Part shown: positions 1 to 8,454 of the stretch, in pieces
Layout: each line of letters begins with the position of its first letter
Position numbering within the stretch: position 1 is the first letter of the stretch
Source: an uncultured Acidobacteriota bacterium
Lineage (GTDB): Bacteria > Acidobacteriota > Thermoanaerobaculia > Multivoradales > JBCCEF01
Assembly: GCA_963730155.1 (NCBI GenBank)
Contig: CAVSQV010000002.1
Coordinates: 960,944 to 1,024,943 of the forward strand
Reading direction: 5' to 3'
Length of the DNA stretch: 64,000 nt
Translations under genes and position numbers: made by a program
The notes under the pieces: generated by a model
Told to the model about the DNA's origin: nothing
Databases searched by the model: none
What the model saw: the letters and a program-made list of their open reading frames with translations, nothing else

Positions 1-415
1 GCGCTCGTGCCATTGCGAGCGCCATCCACGCTTGCTGAAGCAACGGGACAAGCCGGGGCCGGGCAGACTTGATGCCCACCGAGAGATGGCGGAGAGCTGC
101 TGGGCCCTGCCGGAGAGCATCGAGAAGTTCCTGTCTCCGAAGTGCAAGATCGCGATCCATTGCCGCCACATCTGCCGCCTGGCTCGGATCTGCAGGGTTT
201 CGACGCCCGGGGCGCCCGCCTGCGCCAGGAGATCGCCGTCTGGAACGCGCTGCTCGAATCGGAGCTCGGGCCGCCGCTCCCCGCCGTCGAGGAGTCGGAG
301 GAGACGGAGGAGGTGCCGGGGACGCCGGCGGGCAGCCCGGAGACGTGAGCGGGCCCGGTCAGGGGGCGAGTCGGCTACACTGGCTCCTGCGGCACAGCTC
401 AAGAGGGGGAAGAGG

Positions 416-736
416 ATGGGAACGCCAGCTACCGAGCAGATCGAGGAGATCACGCGGCGGCTGGTGGCCGAGTTCGCGCCGGAGACGGTCATCCTGTTCG
501 GCTCGTATGCCTGGGGCCACCCGGATGAGAACAGCGACCTCGACCTGCTCGTGGTAGTGCCTGAGAGCGATCAGCCGCCGCCGCGGCGCTCCGCACGGGC
601 CTATCGCTGCCTGCGCGACATTGCGGTCCCGCTGGACATCCTGGTCAAGACCCGGCAGGAGGTGGAGCGCACCCGGCACGTGCCCGCCTCGCTGGTCCAC
701 GAGGTCTTGGAGCGGGGGCGGGTCCTCTATGGATGA
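416..736 (+). CDS. Minimal nucleotidyltransferase-domain protein (MNT-type antitoxin candidate)
   Basis: In-frame ATG at 416 (codon 129 of track ORF 32..736). The product MGTPATEQIEEITRRLVAEFAPETVILFGSYAWG...DSDLDLLVV carries the GS...DxD minimal nucleotidyltransferase signature. The upstream 128 codons are Arg/Pro-rich read-through typical of high-GC DNA. Overlaps the next gene by 8 nt. Confidence 0.75.
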   Translation: MGTPATEQIEEITRRLVAEFAPETVILFGSYAWGHPDENSDLDLLVVVPESDQPPPRRSARAYRCLRDIAVPLDILVKTRQEVERTRHVPASLVHEVLERGRVLYG

Positions 737-1220
737 GGCCAGGCGCGGTCTCGTTCAGGGCTGGTTGATCAAGGCGCAGCGAGATCTGGCCACCGCCCGT
801 AAGCTGGCAGACGACCCGGACCCCCTCCTCGACACAGCGATCTACCACTGTCAGCAGGCCGCAGAGAAGGCGGTCAAAGGCTTCCTCGCCTTCCATGACC
901 AGACGGTCGTGAAGACCCACGACGTGCGCTTCCTCATCAACCAGGCTCGCGTGATCGAGCCGGGCTTCGAGGATTGGCTGGACGCGGCGGAGTGCGTGAC
1001 GCCCTACGCGACGGCCTATCGCTACCCTGACGAGGTGCTCGAGCCCGAGCGCGAGGAGTTCGAGGGGGCGAAGGATGCGGCCATCGGCTTGGTCGCGTTC
1101 GTCCTGAGCGTGCTGCCCGAGGACGTGCATCCCGGCGCAGAACCTCACGAGAGCCTCACTGGCGCCTCCTCGGGAGGCGGGAACGTCTCCGAGGAGGACG
1201 CGAGCGGCGAGGAGACCTGA
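729..1220 (+). CDS. HEPN-domain protein (toxin candidate paired with the upstream nucleotidyltransferase)
   Basis: ATG at 729 (codon 37 of track ORF 621..1220). MDEARRGLVQGWLIKAQRDLATARKL...AIYHCQQAAEKAVKGFLAF...KTHDVRFL is an all-helical HEPN-like sequence. It is translationally coupled to the NTase gene (ATGGATGA overlap), the classic MNT/HEPN arrangement. Confidence 0.7.
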   Translation: MDEARRGLVQGWLIKAQRDLATARKLADDPDPLLDTAIYHCQQAAEKAVKGFLAFHDQTVVKTHDVRFLINQARVIEPGFEDWLDAAECVTPYATAYRYPDEVLEPEREEFEGAKDAAIGLVAFVLSVLPEDVHPGAEPHESLTGASSGGGNVSEEDASGEET

Positions 1221-1312
1221 AGGTTCGGCGAGCAGCGGCCAGCCGGTGGCGCCGGCGTCCGCGGTGCGTCGGGGTGTAAAGGTCATGCCGCCGATTGTAG
1301 AATCCCCCGACC

Positions 1313-2635
1313 ATGGCCGCCCCGACCGCCCTCCCGAGCGCCCCGCCGACCATCCGCCATCTCGCCGCCCACGCCGGCGGCTCGGTCACCCTGCGCGGCT
1401 GGCTCGAGAACAAGCGCTCCTCGGGCAAGATCGCCTTCCTCCAGGTGCGCGACGGCAGCGGCACGGTGCAGGCGGTGGCGTCGCGCGCCGAGCTGTCCGA
1501 GGCGGAGTGGGAGGCGATCCAGCGCGCCGCCCAGGAGTCGACGGTCGAGGTCGCGGGTCTCGTCAAGGCGGACGCGCGGGCGCCCGGCGGGGTCGAGCTC
1601 CAGGTCGCCGGCTTCCGGCTCCTGCACCTGACCGAGGATTACCCGATCACGCCCAAGGAGCACGGCACGGCGTTCCTGATGGAGCACCGCCACCTCTGGC
1701 TGCGCTCGAAGCGCCAGCGGGCGGCGCTGGCGGTGCGGAGCGAGGTCGAGCAGGCGATCCGCGACTTCTTCTACGACCGCGAGTTCGTGCTCATCGACTC
1801 GCCGATCCTGACGCCGGCGGCGTGCGAGGGGACCTCGACGCTGTTTCAGACCGACTACTTCGGCGATCCGGCGTATCTCTCGCAGTCGGGCCAGCTCTAC
1901 CTCGAGCCGGCGTGCGCCGCGTTCGGCAAGGTCTACTGCTTCGGCCCGACGTTCCGGGCCGAGAAGTCGAAGACCCGGCGCCACCTGATGGAGTTCTGGA
2001 TGGTCGAGCCGGAGATCGCCTTCCTCGACTTCGACGGGGTGTGCGACCTGGCCGAGGAGTTCATCCGCGAGCTGGTCGGCCGGGTGCTCGAGCGCTGCGG
2101 CGAGGACCTGAAGCAGCTCGAGCGCGACCCGGCGCCGCTCGAGCGGGTGGTCGGCGCCGAGCCGTTCCCGCGCATCACCTACCGCCAGGCGCTCGAGGTG
2201 CTGGCCGCGGAGGGGGTGCCGGTGCCGTTCGGTGAGGACTTCGGCGCCGAGCACGAGACCAAGCTCGGCGAGCGCTACGGCGTGCCGGTGATGGTCACCC
2301 GCTACCCGGCGGCGATCAAGGCGTTCTACATGCAGCCCGATCCCGACGACCCGGAGGTGGCGCTCGGGGTCGACGTCATCGCGCCCGAGGGCTACGGCGA
2401 GATCGTCGGCGGCAGCCAGCGCATCCACGACCACGACCTCCTCCACCGCCGGATCGTCGACCACGGCCTGCCGCTCGCGGCCTTCCAGTGGTATCTCGAC
2501 GTGCGCAAGTACGGCGCCTTCCCGCACAGCGGCTTCGGCATGGGCCTCGAACGCTTCGTCGCATGGATGGGCGGCCTGTCCCACCTGCGGGAGGCGATCC
2601 CCTACCCGCGGATGCTGTACAAGATCTACCCGTAG
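1313..2635 (+). CDS. asnS: Asparagine--tRNA ligase
   Basis: Intact 440-aa ORF with class IIb aaRS motifs: FRAEKSKTRRHLMEFWMVEPE, GEIVGGSQR, GFGMGLERFVAWM. The length and the RHL.EFWM.E motif fit AsnRS rather than bacterial AspRS. Confidence 0.9.
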   Translation: MAAPTALPSAPPTIRHLAAHAGGSVTLRGWLENKRSSGKIAFLQVRDGSGTVQAVASRAELSEAEWEAIQRAAQESTVEVAGLVKADARAPGGVELQVAGFRLLHLTEDYPITPKEHGTAFLMEHRHLWLRSKRQRAALAVRSEVEQAIRDFFYDREFVLIDSPILTPAACEGTSTLFQTDYFGDPAYLSQSGQLYLEPACAAFGKVYCFGPTFRAEKSKTRRHLMEFWMVEPEIAFLDFDGVCDLAEEFIRELVGRVLERCGEDLKQLERDPAPLERVVGAEPFPRITYRQALEVLAAEGVPVPFGEDFGAEHETKLGERYGVPVMVTRYPAAIKAFYMQPDPDDPEVALGVDVIAPEGYGEIVGGSQRIHDHDLLHRRIVDHGLPLAAFQWYLDVRKYGAFPHSGFGMGLERFVAWMGGLSHLREAIPYPRMLYKIYP

Positions 2636-2639
2636 CGCC

Positions 2640-3554
2640 ATGTCGTCACGGATCCGGGTCGCCGCCGGCGTCGCGCTCCTGGTGGCGATCTGGGGCACCA
2701 CGTGGGCGGTGATCCGGATCGGGCTCGACCACCTGCCGCCGCTGACCGCGCTGGCCTGGCGCTTCGCGATCGCCGGCGCCCTGCTGCTGGCGCTGGTGCC
2801 GGCGTTCGGGGTCCGCCTCGGGCGCAACCGGCGCGAGCCGGCGCTCTGGGTGTCCAACGGCCTGCTCTCCTTCGCCGCCTCCTACGGCGTCGTCTACTGG
2901 GCCGAGCAGCGGGTTCCGTCGGGGCTGACCGCGCTGCTCTTCGCCACCTTCCCGCTCTTCGTCGCCGTGCTCGGCCACTTCCTGCTGCCGGCCGAGCGGC
3001 TGCACCCGCGCGGCGCCGCCGGCACCCTGGTCGGCTTCGCGGGCGTGGCGGTGATCTTCTCCGAGGACCTGTCGCGGCTGGGCGGGCCGGGGGTGGCGCG
3101 GGCGGCGGCGATCCTGCTCCTGGCGCCGGCGGTCTCGGCGGTCGGCAACGTCGCGGTCAAGCGCTGGGGGAAGGGGATCCACCCGCTGTCGCTGACCGCG
3201 CTGCCGCTCCTTGGCGCCGGCGCGCTGGTCGGCGGCGCCGCGGCGCTCCTCGAGGGCGACCGCGCGGCGCGCTGGACCCCGGCCGCGGTCGGCTCGGTGA
3301 TCTACCTGGCCCTCTTCGGCACGGCGGTCGCCTTCGTCGTCTACTTCTGGCTGCTCGAGCGGCTGCCGGCGACCCGGCTATCGCTGATCACCTATGCCGT
3401 GCCGGTGGTGGCGGTGGTCGTCGGAACCCTCGCGCTCGACGAGCCGATGACCGTGCGCGTGGCCGCCGGCGCCGCGCTGGTGATCGCCGGTACGGTGCTC
3501 GCCGGCCGGGGGGCGAAACCGCGTGCTACACTCCAGCCCAATCGCCTCGAATAG
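2640..3554 (+). CDS. EamA/DMT-family transporter
   Basis: 304-aa ORF, about 10 hydrophobic segments. Two-halves EamA pattern (WGTTWAVIRIGL...; second half ALFGTAVAFVVYFWLLERLPATRLSLITYAVPVVAVV). Confidence 0.8.
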   Translation: MSSRIRVAAGVALLVAIWGTTWAVIRIGLDHLPPLTALAWRFAIAGALLLALVPAFGVRLGRNRREPALWVSNGLLSFAASYGVVYWAEQRVPSGLTALLFATFPLFVAVLGHFLLPAERLHPRGAAGTLVGFAGVAVIFSEDLSRLGGPGVARAAAILLLAPAVSAVGNVAVKRWGKGIHPLSLTALPLLGAGALVGGAAALLEGDRAARWTPAAVGSVIYLALFGTAVAFVVYFWLLERLPATRLSLITYAVPVVAVVVGTLALDEPMTVRVAAGAALVIAGTVLAGRGAKPRATLQPNRLE

Positions 3555-3656
3555 CTGCATCGTCTCGAAAAGCTGCAGCGGAGTCGCTGCAGAGCATCAA
3601 ATAGGTCGCTGCGCTGCCATCGCGGGCGGCCACGAGCATCATCCGGGAGGAGAACC

Positions 3657-4823
3657 ATGCGAATCCGCGTCGCCGCCCTTTTCGCCCTGCTGGTCCTGTC
3701 CTTTCTCGCAACCCCGGCCGCAACCCAAGAGCTCACGGGCGCCCGTCCGGGCAGCACCCTGGGCGGGCCGGCCCCCGGCCCCGACGGCCCGGTGCCGCCG
3801 CTCTGCATCACCGAGGGCTTCGACGACATCCTGGTGTTGCCGGGCTGGTTCACGGACAACAACAGCTCTCCGATCGGGACCACCAACTGGTTCCAGGGCA
3901 ACCCGGCGGTCTTCCCGGCCCACTCGGGAGCGCCGACCTCCTACATCGGAGCCAACTTCAACAACGCCGCCGGCACCGGCACGATCAGCAACTGGCTGCT
4001 GACCCCGGAGCTCGACCTCGCCGCGATCGACACGCTGACCTTCTTCACCCGGGCGCCCACCGCGAGCACCTTCCCGGACCGCCTGCAGGTGCGCTACTCG
4101 ACCGCCGGCGCCTCGACCAACGTCGGCACCCTGGCGACCGACGTCGGCGACTTCACCAACCTGGCGCTGGACATCAATCCGACCCTGACGGTCGGCGGCT
4201 ACCCGCAGGTCTTCACCCAGTTCACCCTCGACAACACCGACATCGTCGCCGGCACCACCGGCCGCGTCGCGTTCCGCTACTTCGTCACCGGCGGCGGTCC
4301 GACCGGGGCCAACTCCGACTTCATCGGCATCGACACCTTCGAGTTCTGCGAGCTCAAGGGGCCCGTGGAGGCCGACCTCGTGGTCCTCAAGGACTGTGAG
4401 GTGCAGGGTTCGGTGGTGATCTGCACCGTCGAGGTCCAGAACCTGGGTCCGGCGGCCGCGACCAACGTGGTGGTAGTCGACAACATCCCGGTCGGCCTGA
4501 CCTGGACCGCCGACGACTGCGCCGCCGGACCGCCGGCGGGGCAGGTCTTGACCTGGAACGTCGGCAACCTGCCGGTCAACGCGTCGGCGACCTGCACGAT
4601 CGACATGTCGGTCGATCCGGGCACCACGGGAACCCTGATCAACACCGCCACCGCGTCCGCGGACAACGCCGATCCGGTGCCCGCGAACAACACGGACGAC
4701 GCGACCATCGTCCTCGGCAGCGTGCTCGAGATCCCGACGCTGTCGAGCCTCGGTCTGATCGCCCTGGTGGCCGCGCTCGCGCTCGCCTCGCTGGCGCTGC
4801 TGCGCCGCCGGGTCCGGGCGTAG
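3657..4823 (+). CDS. Secreted surface protein: choice-of-anchor-J-like N-domain, DUF11-like repeat, IPTL-CTERM sorting signal
   Basis: Signal peptide MRIRVAALFALLVLSFLATPAATQ. N-domain motifs GWFTDNNSSPIGTTNWFQGN...ISNWLLTPELDL. DUF11-like DLVVLKDC...VQNLGPAAATNVVVVDNIPVGLTW. C-terminus LEIPTLSSLGLIALVAALALASLALLRRRVRA (IPTL motif + TM + Arg cluster). Confidence 0.75.
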   Translation: MRIRVAALFALLVLSFLATPAATQELTGARPGSTLGGPAPGPDGPVPPLCITEGFDDILVLPGWFTDNNSSPIGTTNWFQGNPAVFPAHSGAPTSYIGANFNNAAGTGTISNWLLTPELDLAAIDTLTFFTRAPTASTFPDRLQVRYSTAGASTNVGTLATDVGDFTNLALDINPTLTVGGYPQVFTQFTLDNTDIVAGTTGRVAFRYFVTGGGPTGANSDFIGIDTFEFCELKGPVEADLVVLKDCEVQGSVVICTVEVQNLGPAAATNVVVVDNIPVGLTWTADDCAAGPPAGQVLTWNVGNLPVNASATCTIDMSVDPGTTGTLINTATASADNADPVPANNTDDATIVLGSVLEIPTLSSLGLIALVAALALASLALLRRRVRA

Positions 4824-5033
4824 CGCCTCGGCGCCCGGCTCCACCGGCCCGGCCGTGCGGCTCCCGTCGAGTCGCCGGCCGGGCCGCTGCCGTTTGGGGC
4901 CGCCGGCTGTTTCGGCCGCCGCCGCACCGATTGCCGTGGTGCGGCATGGCCTGGTATGATTTGCCGTAGTGCGGCAAACTCGACCGACCCGAGGTCTTGA
5001 CGAAACCGGGTCTTCCAAGAAGGGGGTCCGACC

Positions 5034-6952
5034 ATGGCACACCGAGAAGTCACCGAAAAGGAAGCGATGGAGGTTGCGGAGGCCTCCCGCGAGAAGGAGT
5101 GGAAGCAGCCGAGCTTCCTCCGCGAGCTCTTCCTCGGCAACTTCCGGCTCGACCTGATCCACCCCTACCCGCTGCCGCCGACCGAAGAGGAGGAGCGGCC
5201 GGAGTTCCGGGCCTTCTACGAGGCGTTCAAGGAGCTGCTCCGCCAGGAGGTCGATCCGGTCGCGATCGACGCCACCGGCGAGTACCCCGAGTCGTGGTCG
5301 ACGGCCTGCGCAAGCTCGGCGCCTTCGGCATGAAGATCCCGAAGGAGTACGGCGGCCTCGGCTTCACCTCGGTCGAGTACCAGAAGGTGATGCAGCTGGT
5401 CGGCAGCGTCGACGGCAACGTCTCGGCGCTGCTCTCGGCCCACCAGTCGATCGGCGTGCCGCAGCCGCTCAAGCTCTTCGGCAGCCCGGAGCTGAAGAAG
5501 AAGTACCTGCCGCGCTGCGCCGCCGGCGCGATCTCGGCCTTCGCGCTGACCGAGCGCAGCGTCGGCTCCGACCCGGCGCGCCTGCTGACCACCGCCGAGA
5601 AGACCCCCGACGGCGACTACATCCTCAACGGCGAGAAGCTCTGGTGCACCAACGGCACGCTCGCCGAGCTCCTGGTGGTCATGGCCGCGACCCCGAGACC
5701 AAGGCGATCAGCGCCTTCGTCGTCGAGACCGACTGGCCCGGCGTCAAGGTCGAGCACCGCTGCCACTTCATGGGGCTGCGCGCGCTCGCCAACGGCGTGA
5801 TCAGCTTCAAGGACGTGCGCGATCCCGGCCGAGAACCTGATCGGCAAGGAGGGGCATGGTCTCAAGATCGCGCTCATCACGTTCAACGACGGGCGCCTGT
5901 CGCTCCCCAACGGCTCGGTCGGCACCGCCAAGGCGTGCCTCGAGATCTGCCGCAAGTGGTCGAACGAGCGCGTGCAGTGGGGCAAGCCGATCGGCAAGCA
6001 CGAGGCGATCGCCCACAAGCTCGCCGACATGGCGGCCAACACCTTCGCCATGGAGTCGCTGGTCGGGCTCGCCACCGCGATGGCCGACCGCGGCGACTTC
6101 GACATCCGCCTCGAGGCGGCGGCGGCCAAGGAGTGGAACACGGTCCGCGCCTGGCAGATCGTCGACGAGACGATGCAGATCCGCGGCGGCCGCGGCTACG
6201 AGACCGAGACCTCGCTGGCCGCCCGCGGCGAGGAGCCGATGCCGGTCGAGCGCGTGATGCGCGACTACCGCATCAACCAGATCTTCGAGGGCTCGAGCGA
6301 GATCATGCACCTGTTCATGGCGCGCGAGGCGGTCGACAAGCACCTCGAGGTCGCCGGCGCCCTGATCGATCCCAAGAAGGGGCTGTCCGAGAAGCTCGCC
6401 GCGCTGCCGACGATCGGCGCCTTCTACGCCACCTGGTATCCGACCCGCTGGCTCGGCTGGGGGCACTTCCCGCGCTACCGCGAGTTCGGCGACCTCGCCG
6501 GCCACCTGCGCTTCGTCGAGCGCAGCTCGCGGCGGCTCGCGCGCGCGGTCTTCCACGGCATGGTGGTCCACGAGGCGAAGCTCGAGCACAAGCAGGCCTT
6601 CCTGTTCCGCCTGGTCGACATCGCGATGGAGCTCTTCGCGATGGCGACCTCGGCCTCGCGCGCCCACGCGATGACCGAGCGGCGCCACCCCGACGCCGTC
6701 AAGGCCCGTGAGCTGGCCGACCTCTTCTGCCGCATGTCGCGCCGCCGCGTCCGGGCGCTCTTCCGCGAGCTGTGGTCGAACGACGACGTGCGCAAGTACA
6801 AGACCGCCCAGAACGTCCTCGCCGGCCGCCACGTCTGGTTGGAGTCGGGGATCATGGGCCTCGGCGCCACCGCCAGGTCGCTCCAGCCGCCGACTCCGCT
6901 CGAGAGGCGTGGCGAGCGGGTACGGGCGGCACGGCCGGTGGCCGCGGGCTAA
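5034..6952 (+). pseudogene. Long-form acyl-CoA dehydrogenase, reading frame broken 3 times (about 5290, 5695, 5820)
   Basis: A continuous ACAD sequence is recovered only by joining four frames. MAHREVTEKEAMEVAE...GEYPES | VVDGLRKLGAFGMKIPKEYGGLG...LWCTNGTLAELLVVMAATP | ETKAISAFVVETDWPGVKVEHRCHFMGLRALANGVISFKDVR | IPAENLIGKEGHGLKIALITFNDGRLSL...IRGGRGYETE...INQIFEGSSEIM... to the stop at 6952. Confidence 0.8.
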
Positions 6953-7064
6953 GACGGCCGCACCGGCACTCGGCGAAGCCACCGGCCGGGGGTTCGTTCG
7001 TGCGTCGGGTCCGCGTGCGGGTCCGGCGCATGGTATTCTTGAACCCTCAGCTTGGAGGTAACGC

Positions 7065-7361
7065 ATGAGCAGGTTCGATCTCGAACGGTTCACCACGGAC
7101 TACGAGCGAGATCCGGCTCTGGCGGAAGGGTTCGCCGAGCTCGGTGACGACCCCCAGGGTTGGGCTCGGTTGGCGCGGGAGAAGGGCTACGAGATCACCC
7201 CGGACGAGGCCGGGAGCCTGCTCTCGAGCCGCCGCGAGCTCTCCGACGACGAGCTGGACGAGGTCGCCGGAGGCTGGGACGGAGACACCACCGGCGGAAG
7301 CGGAGGCAGCGGCGGCGGGACCGGCGACGGGACCGGCGGCGGCACGGGTGGCGGCCCCTGA
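7065..7361 (+). CDS. Nif11-like-leader RiPP precursor peptide with Gly-rich core
   Basis: 98 aa, GGAGG RBS 7 nt upstream. The leader MSRFDLERFTTDYERDPALAEGFAELGDDPQGWARLAREKGYEITPDEAGSLLSSRRELSDDELDEVAGG matches the Nif11-type leader pattern, ending in LSDxELxxVAGG (double-glycine cleavage motif). Predicted core: WDGDTTGGSGGSGGGTGDGTGGGTGGGP. Confidence 0.8.
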   Translation: MSRFDLERFTTDYERDPALAEGFAELGDDPQGWARLAREKGYEITPDEAGSLLSSRRELSDDELDEVAGGWDGDTTGGSGGSGGGTGDGTGGGTGGGP

Positions 7362-8454
7362 CCAGGACCCGCTCGCCGTCTTCGGCTGGGATGCCTGGCT
7401 CCCTCTCCTCGACCCTCGGCTCCCCTCTCGGCTGGTCGATCGCCGGGCCCGCGAGTGGCTCGCCGGCGTCTCCCGCCTGGCTCCGGGCGACTGCGCGGGC
7501 GTCCTCGAGCTGAGGCTCGCCGGCGATTCTCCCGCGGTCGACTTCGCCTTCCGCCTGATCCGCCCGGACCAGGCCCGATCGGTCTCCCCCCGGCTCTCCG
7601 CGGCGCGGGCGCGGAGCTTCGTCTCGCGCTGGGCGCGGCGGGAGCCCGAGCTGGAGCCGGTCTCCTCCCTCTGGCTGGAGTTCGACTCTCCCGGCGACGG
7701 CGCCGAGCGGGAGCCGGGGAAACCGCCGGCGCCGCTGCTCTGCGCCCGGTTCGGGCGCGTGGTCGACGCCGGCTGGCTGACCGGGTCGCTGGTGCCGGCG
7801 CTCTGCGGCGAGGCGCTTTCCGCCGCACGGCGCCACATCCTCGACCGCTGCCTCGAGGCGCTCCCCGCCGGGGCGCGCGTGCTCTACTTCTTCAGCCTCC
7901 TCGGCCGGCCCGGGGAAGCGGTGCGGATCGAGATCTTCGGCCTCGACCCGGCGGCCATGGCCGCGTACCTCCGGCAGGCGGCCTCCCCGCGGGAGGCCGA
8001 GCTGGTGGACGCCGCGGCGCCCCTGGTTGCGGGCGCCGGCCGCTACCACCTCTCGCTCGACGTCGGCGCGGAGGTCGCGCCGCGGATCGGCGTCGAGTGC
8101 GGGTTCGAGCGCCAGCCGCGGCGGGAGCCGCGGTGGGCCGAGCTGCTCGATCGGCTGGTTGCGCACCGCCTCGCCGACCCGGCCAAACGCGACGCCGTGC
8201 TCGCCTGGCCGGGCCAGGACAGCCCGTGGACCGCCCCCGGCCGCTGGCCGGCCGCCGCGCTCGGCCTCGGCGGCCACGGCGTCCGCGGCCTGAGCCATCT
8301 CAAGCTGGTGCTCCGCCCCGGCCGCGCGCCGAAGGCCAAGGCCTATCTGCTGTTCCAGCACCTGCCGGCGGGGGCCGGCGCCGGTCAGGGCGCGGCTGCG
8401 ACCGGCGCCGGCAGTCCGAGTGCGCCGGCCAGCTCCGCCACCTGTCCGCGCTGA
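7348..8454 (+). CDS. Hypothetical protein adjacent to the Nif11-type precursor (candidate tailoring enzyme)
   Basis: Track ORF 7144..8454. The part upstream of 7348 overlaps the precursor gene and is Arg/Pro-rich. GTG at 7348 is the first plausible start (start uncertain). About 368 aa with normal composition and five strand-turn-strand segments separated by helical stretches. No family recognised. Confidence 0.5.
   Translation: MAAPDQDPLAVFGWDAWLPLLDPRLPSRLVDRRAREWLAGVSRLAPGDCAGVLELRLAGDSPAVDFAFRLIRPDQARSVSPRLSAARARSFVSRWARREPELEPVSSLWLEFDSPGDGAEREPGKPPAPLLCARFGRVVDAGWLTGSLVPALCGEALSAARRHILDRCLEALPAGARVLYFFSLLGRPGEAVRIEIFGLDPAAMAAYLRQAASPREAELVDAAAPLVAGAGRYHLSLDVGAEVAPRIGVECGFERQPRREPRWAELLDRLVAHRLADPAKRDAVLAWPGQDSPWTAPGRWPAAALGLGGHGVRGLSHLKLVLRPGRAPKAKAYLLFQHLPAGAGAGQGAAATGAGSPSAPASSATCPR

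Noticed and set aside
32-415. Possible small gene at the window start. MAESCWALPESIEKFLSPKCKIAIH (ATG at 86) seems to continue in another frame as LQGFDARGARLRQEIAVWNALLESELG... to the stop at 348.
   Set aside because: The composition looks coding, but no family was recognised. It needs an assumed frameshift and it lies next to the window edge. Evidence is insufficient to call a feature.
7270-7358. GGC/GGA-rich low-complexity DNA that could be mistaken for a tandem repeat or G-quadruplex element.
   Set aside because: It is in frame with the Nif11-type precursor and encodes the Gly/Ser/Thr/Asp core. There is no exact nucleotide period. It is best explained as coding low complexity.
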